26,859 nt of DNA. It comes from Clostridia bacterium (GTDB taxonomy: Bacteria; Bacillota; Clostridia; Christensenellales; Aristaeellaceae). A program made the position numbers and the translations under genes. Below the pieces are notes generated by a model. That model was given only the letters and a program-made list of their open reading frames with translations. It did not search any database and was not told where the DNA came from. Shown piece after piece: positions 1 to 7,539 of the stretch. Numbering within the stretch: position 1 is the stretch's first letter; each line of letters opens with the position of its first letter. The stretch spans positions 1-26,859 of the forward strand of contig JAFWBZ010000402.1 in assembly GCA_017537105.1 (NCBI GenBank), in the 5' to 3' direction.

Positions 1-684
1 CGCCCGGCGGGGATACCGGTCCGGGGTGGGCGCGACCTTGCGGATCCACGCGGCGCGATGATCCCAGTCCCGCCCGGGGATGGGCAGGGCGACGGTGCGC
101 TCCACCGCGCCGCCCAGCAGCGCGACGGCGTTCGAGCCCTCCCGCAGCTCCTCCTCCAGCCCCGGCCCCTTCATGGCCAGCATCCAGCCGCCGGGCTGCA
201 CGAAGGGCAGCAGGTACTCCGCGAGCACGTTCACCGGGGCCACAGCCCGGGCGCAGGCCAGGTCGAAGCGCTCCCGCAGCTCGGGGCGACGGGCGGCGTC
301 CTCCGCCCGCAGATGCACCGCCGCGGCGTTCAGCCCCAGGTCGTCGATCACGGCCTGCAAAAACTCCACCCGCTTCTGCAGCGCGTCCAGCAGCGTGAAA
401 TGCACGTCCGGAAGCAGGATGGACAGGGGGATCCCCGGGAAGCCCGCGCCGGAACCCACGTCCACCGCGGTCTTCACGGCGGGAAAATCGCGGGACAGGG
501 GGGCGATGCAGTCCAGGTAGTTGCGGTCGACGGCCTCGCGCGGGTCCTCCGGCACCCGGGTCAGGTTCATCCGGGCGTTGGCGGCGGTGAGCAGTTCGTG
601 GTAGCGCGCAAACTGCGCGGCCTGGGCCGGGGTCATGTCGACGCCCATGGCCTGCGCGCCGGAAAGCAGAAGCTCCTTCAGCAT
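1..684 (-). CDS. rsmG: 16S rRNA (guanine(527)-N7)-methyltransferase RsmG/GidB, 3' end truncated by window start
   Basis: Manual translation from ATG at 684: MLKELLLSGAQAMGVDMT...NARMNLTR...DVGSGAGFPGIPL...LLDALQKRVEFL...RAED...FDLACARAVA...LAEYLLP...KG. These are the RsmG SAM-binding and family motifs. The frame is open to position 1, which is probably why it is missing from the ORF track. Confidence 0.95.
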   Translation of the reverse strand, partial: MLKELLLSGAQAMGVDMTPAQAAQFARYHELLTAANARMNLTRVPEDPREAVDRNYLDCIAPLSRDFPAVKTAVDVGSGAGFPGIPLSILLPDVHFTLLDALQKRVEFLQAVIDDLGLNAAAVHLRAEDAARRPELRERFDLACARAVAPVNVLAEYLLPFVQPGGWMLAMKGPGLEEELREGSNAVALLGGAVERTVALPIPGRDWDHRAAWIRKVAPTPDRYPRRA

Positions 685-717
685 GTCAAATCCTCGCTTC
701 GCGGTGATGTCCCCTCC

Positions 718-746
718 ATTATACCCCAAACCGGCGGGAATGCAAA
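718..746 (-). promoter_or_regulatory. Putative sigma-A promoter for rsmG
   Basis: Minus strand reads TTTGCA (746-741), 17 nt, TATAAT (723-718), about 35 nt upstream of the rsmG ATG. Confidence 0.65.
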
Positions 747-766
747 GGCTTTCGCGCCGCGCCGCC

Positions 767-795
767 TTGACCGGCCGGGAGGAATGGGGTATAAT
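767..795 (+). promoter_or_regulatory. Putative sigma-A promoter for the DUF4236-like gene
   Basis: TTGACC (767-772), 17 nt, TATAAT (790-795). It sits back-to-back with the rsmG promoter. Confidence 0.75.
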
Positions 796-827
796 GTTTC
801 CAGCTTCCGCGCGAAAGGATGAGGCAG

Positions 828-1106
828 ATGGGCTTCCGATACAGAAATCCCGGCATCAAGATCGGCGACACCACCATTCGCAAGAACAAGAAGGGCTTCA
901 GCCTGTCCCGGAGGACCAAGCGGGGCGACACCGTGACCTACAACTCCGCCACGGGCAAGACCACCCGCACCCACCGGACGGGCATTCCGGGCCTGTCCTG
1001 GCAGACGGTCCGCGGCGGCAAGGGGCTGTCGGGCTGCCTGGGCTGCTGCGTCTACGTGATCGGCGCGCTGGTCCTGCTGGCGGCGCTGCTGGTGTTGATT
1101 CTATAG
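828..1106 (+). CDS. Small basic DUF4236-like protein with a C-terminal membrane anchor (92 aa)
   Basis: MGFRYRNPGIKIG...GFSLS...TTRTHRTGIPGLSWQT resembles the DUF4236 pattern (MGFRFRKSIK...TT.GIPG.GLSY). The C-terminus is hydrophobic (GCCVYVIGALVLLAALLVLIL). There is a dedicated promoter; the alternative start is at 819. Confidence 0.65.
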   Translation: MGFRYRNPGIKIGDTTIRKNKKGFSLSRRTKRGDTVTYNSATGKTTRTHRTGIPGLSWQTVRGGKGLSGCLGCCVYVIGALVLLAALLVLIL

Positions 1107-1119
1107 CTAAAGACATCCA

Positions 1120-1155
1120 AACGGAGGGCCCCGCGCAATCGCGGGACCCTCCGTT
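1120..1155. terminator. Hairpin between convergent genes, probable bidirectional terminator
   Basis: AACGGAGGG-c-CCCGCG / CAAT loop / CGCGGG-a-CCCTCCGTT, lying between stop codons at 1106 (+) and 1176 (-). Confidence 0.7.
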
Positions 1156-1175
1156 CGTTGGAAAACCCTCCGCCG

Positions 1176-1886
1176 TTACCGGAACGCGCAGTACAGCTTC
1201 TGGTTGACGCTGTGCTTCTTGCCGTCCTCGGTGGTGTAGCTGCTCAGCACGACGCGGGCGTAGGTGCCGTTGTCGAACCAGGTCACCTGCTGGCTGCTGC
1301 CGTCGCTGAACTGGACCGTCCAGCCCTCGGACAGGATCATCGAGGCGGTGTCGTTTTCACCGGTGTCGATGCTGGTCTCCACGGAGTGCTCGGTCCAGTA
1401 TTCGGTGCGCTTCTTCTTGGTGCTGGTGTTCTTCTTGCCGTAAAAGGTGCCCAGCGAGGTCTTGCCGCTGTTGCACTGGTACAGCTTGAAGGAGTAGCCG
1501 GTGATGCGCTTGCGGCCCGTGTTCTTCACGTGGATATTCAGCGTGTGCAGCGGGCTGATGTCGCAGTCCAGCGCGTACAGCAGCACGTCGCTGTCCTTGG
1601 TGGCGGTGTATTCGGCGTAGTGGGAGGCCAGGTATTCCAGCGTCGCGTCGTCGGCGATGCCGGTCTCCTCCAGCCCGGCGTCCGCCTGCACCTGCTTCAC
1701 GGCCTTCTCGGTCTTGCCGCCGAAGTCGCCGTCCGCCCCGCCGGCCAGGTAGTTGTGCTCGATCAGCTGCAGCTGCAGCGCCGCGACCTCGTCGCCCTTG
1801 TCGCCCTTCTTCAGGGGTTCCGCCAGCGCGCCGAGGCTGCCCAGCAGCAGCGCCAGGCAGAGTATGCAGAGTATCCCGCGTCTCAT
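1176..1886 (-). CDS. Secreted peptidoglycan-binding domain protein (PG_binding_1) with an unknown C-terminal domain (236 aa)
   Basis: RBS AAGGAGG precedes ATG 1886. Signal peptide MRRGILCILCLALLLGSLGALA|E, then LKKGDKGDEVAALQLQL...GADGDFGGKTEKAVKQVQADAGLEETGIADDAT, the classic PG_binding_1 motif. Confidence 0.85.
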   Translation of the reverse strand: MRRGILCILCLALLLGSLGALAEPLKKGDKGDEVAALQLQLIEHNYLAGGADGDFGGKTEKAVKQVQADAGLEETGIADDATLEYLASHYAEYTATKDSDVLLYALDCDISPLHTLNIHVKNTGRKRITGYSFKLYQCNSGKTSLGTFYGKKNTSTKKKRTEYWTEHSVETSIDTGENDTASMILSEGWTVQFSDGSSQQVTWFDNGTYARVVLSSYTTEDGKKHSVNQKLYCAFR

Positions 1887-1920
1887 GGTTCGCCCTCCTT
1901 GCCTGTGGTGGTTTACAAGC

Positions 1921-1949
1921 ATTTTACCATAAGGGCGGCCGATGCACAA
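1921..1949 (-). promoter_or_regulatory. Putative sigma-A promoter for the PG-binding protein gene
   Basis: Minus strand TTGTGC (1949-1944), 17 nt, TAAAAT (1926-1921), with TG at the extended -10 position. Confidence 0.55.
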
Positions 1950-1993
1950 GAGCTGTTCCCCAAATCAGGCGGGATTTCTGCGCCAAAATAGAT

Positions 1994-2025
1994 CAGGCAG
2001 CCCATGACATTCCATGGACTGCCTG
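1994..2025 (-). terminator. Hairpin downstream of the 2058..3563 gene, possible terminator
   Basis: CAGGCAG-c-CCATG / 6-nt loop / CATGG-a-CTGCCTG. The U-tract is weak. Confidence 0.45.
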
Positions 2026-2057
2026 TTGCTATTCAATGTTTTTCAGAAAGCGTCCGC

Positions 2058-3563
2058 TCAGACTGCGCTGTGCGCCTCGAAGGTGCTCACGCTGCCCGCG
2101 CCGGACAGGTCGATTTCGGTGGAGAAGCTGTCCACGGTGACGGTGATGCCGCTGTTGCCCTGGACGTACACGGTGCCGTCGCTGCCCGCAATGGTCACGG
2201 AGCCGCCCTCGGCGTCCACGATGGCGCCGGCGCACTCCAGCGCGGTCAGGGTGCTGTCCCCGGTGACGACCCAGGTGGAGGTCTCGTCGATCACCACGCG
2301 GCAGCCGCCGTCGCCGCCATCGCCTGCGCAGGACTCGTCGTCGATCACCGCGCCGGTCAGCACACTGCCCTCGGTGAGGTACAGGTTCAGGTTGGAGATG
2401 CTGTCCCAGAGGATGTCGCCGTCCATGTCCTGCCGGATGGCGGTGAACACGCAGTTCGCGCCGTTTGCGCCGGTGGCGCCCCAGCCGCGCTGGTTGGCGT
2501 TGCCGGTGCAGCGCAGGAAGTACTCGCAGTCCTCGGCCGCCACGATGTCCACGCCGCGGAGGGTGAACACGCTGTCGGTGTTGGTGGTGTAGAACAGGCC
2601 GCCGTTCTGGCTGATCAGCGTGCCGCCGTCCATTTCGAAGCTGCCCTGGCCGACTTCGCTGTCGCCGGACATGGACTGGTAGAGGATCACGGTCCAGGTG
2701 TTGTCATTTTGCGCCTGGTCGGGCATGTCGCCGGTCAGCGTGCAGTTGTACAGCCGCACCGCGTTCCGACCCTCCAGGCACAGCGCCTCGGAGCCGGTGG
2801 CGGTCAGCGCCGCGTCGCGGATGGTGATGTCGGCGGTGACGTAGACCGCGGGGGAGCCGGAACCGTTGGCGGTGTAGTTGCCGCCGTCCACGATCATGGT
2901 CCCGCCGCCCCGGTCGCTGCGGATCGCCGCGGAGGAGCCGCCCTGGGTGGTGACGTCCAGGTTGCTGGCGACCAGCGTGCCGCCGCCCGCCACGTGGATG
3001 CCGCCGGAGGTGCCCTGTTCGGTGGCGATGGTGGAGTCGGAGACGTAGACCACGCCGTCGCCATAGGCGAACACGCCCGCGCCGCCCGCGGCGTCCGTGG
3101 TGATTTCGGTGTTGTCGACGACCAGCGTGCCGCCGGTGGCCAGCAGCGCTGCGCCCACGCCGTAGAAGCTGGCGGCGTCTCCGCCGGTGGAGTCGGAGGA
3201 CGTGCGGGTGACGGTGGCGTCGGTCACGGTGACGGTGCCGCCGGTGACCAGCACCGCGTTTTCGTCCGCGCCGGTGGAGGCGATCTCCCCGGTCACCTCG
3301 GCATCGGCGTCATAGGCGTTCACCGCGTCGTAGTTCTCGGGCTGGCCGGAGCCGCCCATTCCGCCGGGCATGTCGCCGCCGGGCATGCCCTCCGGGGGTT
3401 CGCCGGGTGCGCCACCCTCGGGCAGGTCGGGGGGCGTGTCCATGCCTTCGGGGGGCGTGCCCATGCCGGAGGGCATCTCCGGGGGTGCGGAATTTTCCGC
3501 CAGGGCGCTGAAGCCCAGCGCCAGCATCATGATGACGAGGATCATGCTGAGAGTCTTTTTCAT
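2058..3563 (-). CDS. Secreted acidic protein, probably beta-solenoid or adhesin-like, with a Pro/Gly/Met-rich N-terminal linker (501 aa)
   Basis: RBS AAGGAGG precedes ATG 3563. Signal peptide MKKTLSMILVIMMLALGFSALA|E, low-complexity PPEMPSGMGTPPEGM...PGGMGG, then repetitive Thr/Gly/Asp beta-strand-like segments (DSTGGDAASFYG, IRSDRGGG, GSGSPAVY, LYQSMSGD). The fold is an inference. Confidence 0.75.
   Translation of the reverse strand: MKKTLSMILVIMMLALGFSALAENSAPPEMPSGMGTPPEGMDTPPDLPEGGAPGEPPEGMPGGDMPGGMGGSGQPENYDAVNAYDADAEVTGEIASTGADENAVLVTGGTVTVTDATVTRTSSDSTGGDAASFYGVGAALLATGGTLVVDNTEITTDAAGGAGVFAYGDGVVYVSDSTIATEQGTSGGIHVAGGGTLVASNLDVTTQGGSSAAIRSDRGGGTMIVDGGNYTANGSGSPAVYVTADITIRDAALTATGSEALCLEGRNAVRLYNCTLTGDMPDQAQNDNTWTVILYQSMSGDSEVGQGSFEMDGGTLISQNGGLFYTTNTDSVFTLRGVDIVAAEDCEYFLRCTGNANQRGWGATGANGANCVFTAIRQDMDGDILWDSISNLNLYLTEGSVLTGAVIDDESCAGDGGDGGCRVVIDETSTWVVTGDSTLTALECAGAIVDAEGGSVTIAGSDGTVYVQGNSGITVTVDSFSTEIDLSGAGSVSTFEAHSAV
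3428..3469. repeat. Imperfect 21-bp tandem repeat (2 copies) inside the low-complexity linker
   Basis: CGGGGGGCGTGTCCATGCCTT / CGGGGGGCGTGCCCATGCCGG, encoding the GM(G/D)TPP(E/D) repeat. Confidence 0.7.
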
Positions 3564-3746
3564 TTTCGTGACCTCCTTTATGGTTTGCGCCGCTGCGCGT
3601 CGCAGGGGCAGGAAGGGCTGCGCAGGTTTGCGATCTGTGTGCGGCGGGGATGCGCGTTCCCCGGCTGACAGGTGCATTATACGGAGCAATCCTGAAATGA
3701 AGCTTGAGAAATTTCAGCTTTCCTGAAAAAATGAGCGGCGCCCGGA

Positions 3747-3775
3747 TTGCCGATTTCCGGGCGGTGTGCTATGAT
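3747..3775 (+). promoter_or_regulatory. Putative sigma-A promoter for the ThuA-like gene
   Basis: TTGCCG (3747-3752), 17 nt, TATGAT (3770-3775), with an extended -10 TG. Confidence 0.7.
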
Positions 3776-3801
3776 GGGGAACAGACAGGAGGGATGCATG
3801 C

Positions 3802-4533
3802 ATGAAGCGCGCGTTGATTCTCTGCGGCGGCTGGCCGGGGCACGACCCCGTCGCCGTCGCCGGAAGGTTCCGGGGCCTGCTGGAGGCGCGTGGCTGCGCC
3901 GTGGAGACCATCGGTTCGACCGAGCCCTTTGCCGACGCGGGCTTCCTGCGCGGCTTTGACCTGCTGGTGCCGGTGTGGAGCTACGCCGGGACGCCTGCGC
4001 TGCCGGACGAGTGCGCGGTGCACATCGCGGACGCCGTCAGCGACGGCATGGGCATCGCGGGCTGCCACGGCGGCATGTGCGACGCCTTCCGGGAGAGCGT
4101 GCTGTGGCAGTTCCTCACCGGCGCCCAGTGGGTGGCGCATCCCAGCAATCCCTTCTACCACTGCACGCCCTGCGTGCCCTCACCGGAGGGCGCGTTTTTC
4201 CGGGAGTACACCGTGCACATCGAGGACGTCGATTCGCCCATCACCCTGGGCCTGCGGGACTTCCGCGTGCGCTCCGAGCAGTACTACCTCCACGTGGACC
4301 CGGCGGTGCGCGTGCTGGCCACCACCCGCTTCGCCCGGGAGGGGGACGAATACGCCCCGCACCTGACCGATGGTCCGGTGACGATGCCCGTGGCCTATGC
4401 GCGCCGGTGGGGGCGGGGGCGCATCTTCTACAGCTCCCTGGGCCACTGCGACGCGGAGTTCGACCGCTTTCCCGAGGCGCTGACGCTGATGTGCCGGGGC
4501 CTGCTGTGGGCGCTGGGAGAGGATCCGGAATAG
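3802..4533 (+). CDS. ThuA-like (class I glutamine amidotransferase-like fold) protein
   Basis: MKRALILCGGWPGHDP, G.HGGM.DAFR, GAQWVAHP, SEQYYLHVDP, MPVAYARRWGRGRIFYSSLGH match the ThuA family pattern. RBS GGAGG. Confidence 0.85.
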   Translation: MKRALILCGGWPGHDPVAVAGRFRGLLEARGCAVETIGSTEPFADAGFLRGFDLLVPVWSYAGTPALPDECAVHIADAVSDGMGIAGCHGGMCDAFRESVLWQFLTGAQWVAHPSNPFYHCTPCVPSPEGAFFREYTVHIEDVDSPITLGLRDFRVRSEQYYLHVDPAVRVLATTRFAREGDEYAPHLTDGPVTMPVAYARRWGRGRIFYSSLGHCDAEFDRFPEALTLMCRGLLWALGEDPE

Positions 4534-4617
4534 TACCGCCGGGCCCGGTCCCTGATCCGCCCGGCCCGGACCTCCCTTCGCCGCAAAAAAATATTTTTGA
4601 CAATTTGAATAAAACCC

Positions 4618-4716
4618 TTGACAAATACCGAGCGATTATTGTATGATAATCCTGCAATGTTGAGTTGCTGTTTTTATTGGAATTGAATTCAATCGATTTA
4701 ATTATATAACTATAAT
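4618..4716 (+). promoter_or_regulatory. AT-rich promoter region for the GH78-ABC operon, two candidate sigma-A promoters
   Basis: TTGACA (4618-4623), 18 nt, TATGAT (4642-4647); and TTCAAT (4688-4693), 17 nt, TATAAT (4711-4716). Confidence 0.6.
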
Positions 4717-4811
4717 TTGATCGATTCTTTTTCGGACGCGGGTGCAATCGATTTAATGCCGGGCGGCGGATTGCTCTCGTTTTTCAGCGGGTTGATTAAA
4801 TCGATTTAATG
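4688..4811. promoter_or_regulatory. Four copies of a LacI-type operator with core (A/G)ATCGATT
   Basis: AATCGATTTAAT 4691-4702; GATCGATTC 4719-4727; AATCGATTTAATG 4746-4758; perfect 16-bp palindrome ATTAAATCGATTTAAT 4795-4810. The central CG and A/T flanks are typical of LacI-family operators, and a LacI gene lies in the same operon. Confidence 0.75.
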
Positions 4812-4826
4812 ATTGCGGAGGCGGCT

Positions 4827-7520
4827 ATGTCGATCGTGCCACGCGCGCTGAAGTGCGATTTCAAGGTCAATCCCATCGGCGTCGGCAGCGCCCGGCCCCT
4901 GCTGGGCTGGCAGCTGGCGGAGGACCGCACCGGCGCGGGCCAGACGGCCTGGCGAGTCCAGGTGCGCGAGGAGGCGGGAAGCTGGAGCGCGCCGCTGTGG
5001 GACAGCGGCAGGGTCGAAACCGAGGCGCAGGCCACAGCCTATGCGGGCGCGGGGCTGCAATCCAACGCCACGTATCAATGGCGCGTCATGGTCTGGGACG
5101 AGGCGGGCGAGCCGGGCCCGTGGAGCGAGGCGGCCCGCTGGCGGCAGGGACTCACGCCTGGCGACTGGCGGGGCGCGTGGATCGGCGACGACGAGGGCCG
5201 GGACGGGTATGACCCCAGCGTGCCCTACTACTGCGCGGACGACTTCGACAAGGGCGAAAACCACCCCTTCCTGCCGAAGCCCGCGCTGCTGCGGAGCGAG
5301 TTTTCTGCGGGCGCCGGCGTGGCGTCGGCGGTGCTGTACGTCAGCGCGCTGGGGCTGACGGAGGTCTGGCTGAACGGCGAAAAGGCCACGGTCGGACACA
5401 TGATTCCCGGCATCTGCGACTACCGCAGGCGCGCCTACGCCTTCGCCTATGACGTCACCGGGCTGGTCCGCGACGGCGAAAACGCCCTGGCGGCGGTGCT
5501 GGCGGACGGCTGGTACGCGGGCTACATCGGGCTCAATCCCCGGCAGTGGTGGGGCGCGAAGCCCCGGCTGAACGCGGAGCTGCGCATCGAATACGCCGAC
5601 GGGCGCCGCCAGACGGTGGCGACGGACGCGGGCTGGCGTGCCTGCGTGGGCCCCTGGCTGTACGCCGACATCATGCACGGCGCGGGCTACGACGCCACGC
5701 TGGAGCCGGAGGGCTGGAAGCTGCCCGGCTATGACGACGCGGCCTGGCGGCCCGCGGACACCGGCGCGGAATACGACCACATGCCGGAAATGCACCCCGG
5801 CGTGCCCATCGTGGAGCACGCGCGCTACGCCCCCCGGGAGATCCGCTGGCGGAATGAGGACGAGGCGATCGTGGACTTCGGGCGCTGCTTTGCGGGCGTG
5901 ATCTGCGCGAAGCTGCGCGGGCCGCGGGGCGCGCGGGTGGACTTCTTCCACGCGGAGGAGCTCACCGAGGACGGAGAGGACCTCTACGAGTACGGCAACC
6001 GCTCCGCCCGCTGCCACGACTGCTGCGTGCTGTCCGGCGGGGGAGAGGAGATCTTCCAGCCGGAGTTCACCTACCACGGCTTCCGCTACGCCCGGGTGCG
6101 CGGCCTGTCAAAGGTCGAGCTGCTGTCCATCGAGGGCGTGGCGATCTCCAGCGCGCTGCCGGAGCCCACGGAGCTGGAGACCGGCAGCGATACCGTGAAC
6201 GCCGTCATCCAGCTGATTCGCAACACCGAGCAGTCGAACCTGTACGACATGCCCACCGACGTGTGCGCCCGGGACGAGCGCCTGGGCTGGGGCGCCGACG
6301 GACACTTCTTCATGCACACCGCCTCGACCCTGAACCACATCGCGCTGTTTTTGCGCAAGTGGCTGCGGGACGCCCTGGACGGCCAGGCGGAGGACGGGAG
6401 CCTGTGGGCCATCGCCCCGGCGGTGATGATGAAGGACATCACGCCCTTCGCGGGGGACCTGCAGTCCGACAGCGCGCTGCACTGCGCGTGGCTGCTGATG
6501 CGGCGCTACGGCGACATGGAGCCGGTGCGGCAGGCCTTCCCGGCGCTGGAGCGGTACTTTGCGTATTCCCTGGCCAATTCGGACCGGCTGCTGCGCTTCG
6601 CCACCGCCCACGACTGGCTGGACCTGTGGCCCGACGGCCACTCCGACCGCGACCACGGCTACGGACACTGCGACCCGACGCTGATCGGGACGGCCTGGTT
6701 CGCCCACTCCGCGGACATGATGGCGGACATCGCCGGGGCGCTGGGGGCGGCGGACCGCGCGGCGTACTACCGGGAGATGTACGAAAAGATCCGCACGGCC
6801 TTCCGGACGTTCTTTCTCCGGCGCGACAATCTGCTGCGCGGCGCTACCCAGGGCGGCTACCTGATGGCGGCGGCGTTCGGCCTGATCGGGGGTGAGGAGA
6901 TCGCGGCGGCCCGCGACTGGGTGCAGGCGGACATGCGCGCGTGCGGCGGCATCACCTGGGGCATCACCTCCGCGCCCATCGCGCTTACCGGCCTGTGCAG
7001 GCTGGGCCTGGCCCGGGAGGCGGCGGCGTTTTTGCGGCGCACCCGGTATCCGTCCTTCGGCTACATGCTCTCGCAGGGCGCCACCGCCGTGTGGGAGCGC
7101 TGGGACGGCATCTACGAGGGCAAAAAGTTCCCCCACCCGATGAACGCCTTCGACCACATCGGCCTGGCTTCGGCGGGCGCGTGGATCCTGAGCGGCCTGG
7201 CGGGCATCGAGCCGGCGGCGGACGGCTTTGCCCGGGTGTCGATCCGCCCGGTGATCGATCCCGAAATCGGATCGGTGCGGGCGGTGTACCCCAGCGTCCG
7301 CGGGCCCATCGGGGTCCACTGGCGCTGCGGGGCGGGCGAGGCCCGCGTGGAGGTGGCGCTGCCCGCCGGGGTGACCGGCGCGCTGGCGCTGCCGGTGGAA
7401 GCAAATGAACTTCGGACCATCCGCGGAGCGGAGGGCGTCTCCGGGACCCATTGTGCCGATGGCGTCACGGCGATGGACCTTGCCTCCGGGCGGTACGAAT
7501 TCAGAATAACTCTGCACTAA
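4827..7520 (+). CDS. Glycoside hydrolase family 78 (alpha-L-rhamnosidase family), no signal peptide
   Basis: GGAGG RBS before ATG 4827 (track start 4809). Motifs: YVSALGL.EVWLNG, LADGWYAGYIG, FQPEFTYHGFRY, PTD...RDERLGW..D, HDWL, GATAVWERW, MNAFDH, LAGIEP...GF..V.I.P. Confidence 0.9.
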   Translation: MSIVPRALKCDFKVNPIGVGSARPLLGWQLAEDRTGAGQTAWRVQVREEAGSWSAPLWDSGRVETEAQATAYAGAGLQSNATYQWRVMVWDEAGEPGPWSEAARWRQGLTPGDWRGAWIGDDEGRDGYDPSVPYYCADDFDKGENHPFLPKPALLRSEFSAGAGVASAVLYVSALGLTEVWLNGEKATVGHMIPGICDYRRRAYAFAYDVTGLVRDGENALAAVLADGWYAGYIGLNPRQWWGAKPRLNAELRIEYADGRRQTVATDAGWRACVGPWLYADIMHGAGYDATLEPEGWKLPGYDDAAWRPADTGAEYDHMPEMHPGVPIVEHARYAPREIRWRNEDEAIVDFGRCFAGVICAKLRGPRGARVDFFHAEELTEDGEDLYEYGNRSARCHDCCVLSGGGEEIFQPEFTYHGFRYARVRGLSKVELLSIEGVAISSALPEPTELETGSDTVNAVIQLIRNTEQSNLYDMPTDVCARDERLGWGADGHFFMHTASTLNHIALFLRKWLRDALDGQAEDGSLWAIAPAVMMKDITPFAGDLQSDSALHCAWLLMRRYGDMEPVRQAFPALERYFAYSLANSDRLLRFATAHDWLDLWPDGHSDRDHGYGHCDPTLIGTAWFAHSADMMADIAGALGAADRAAYYREMYEKIRTAFRTFFLRRDNLLRGATQGGYLMAAAFGLIGGEEIAAARDWVQADMRACGGITWGITSAPIALTGLCRLGLAREAAAFLRRTRYPSFGYMLSQGATAVWERWDGIYEGKKFPHPMNAFDHIGLASAGAWILSGLAGIEPAADGFARVSIRPVIDPEIGSVRAVYPSVRGPIGVHWRCGAGEARVEVALPAGVTGALALPVEANELRTIRGAEGVSGTHCADGVTAMDLASGRYEFRITLH

Positions 7521-7539
7521 TTTGAAGGAGGAAAATCCC

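Noticed and set aside
58-822. 254-aa plus-strand ORF in the track
   Set aside because: Antisense shadow of rsmG, which has clear family motifs on the minus strand.
4688-4811. Repeated ATCGATTTAAT units as a mini CRISPR array
   Set aside because: The units are only 9-16 bp with short spacing, no cas genes are present, and a LacI operator explains them better.
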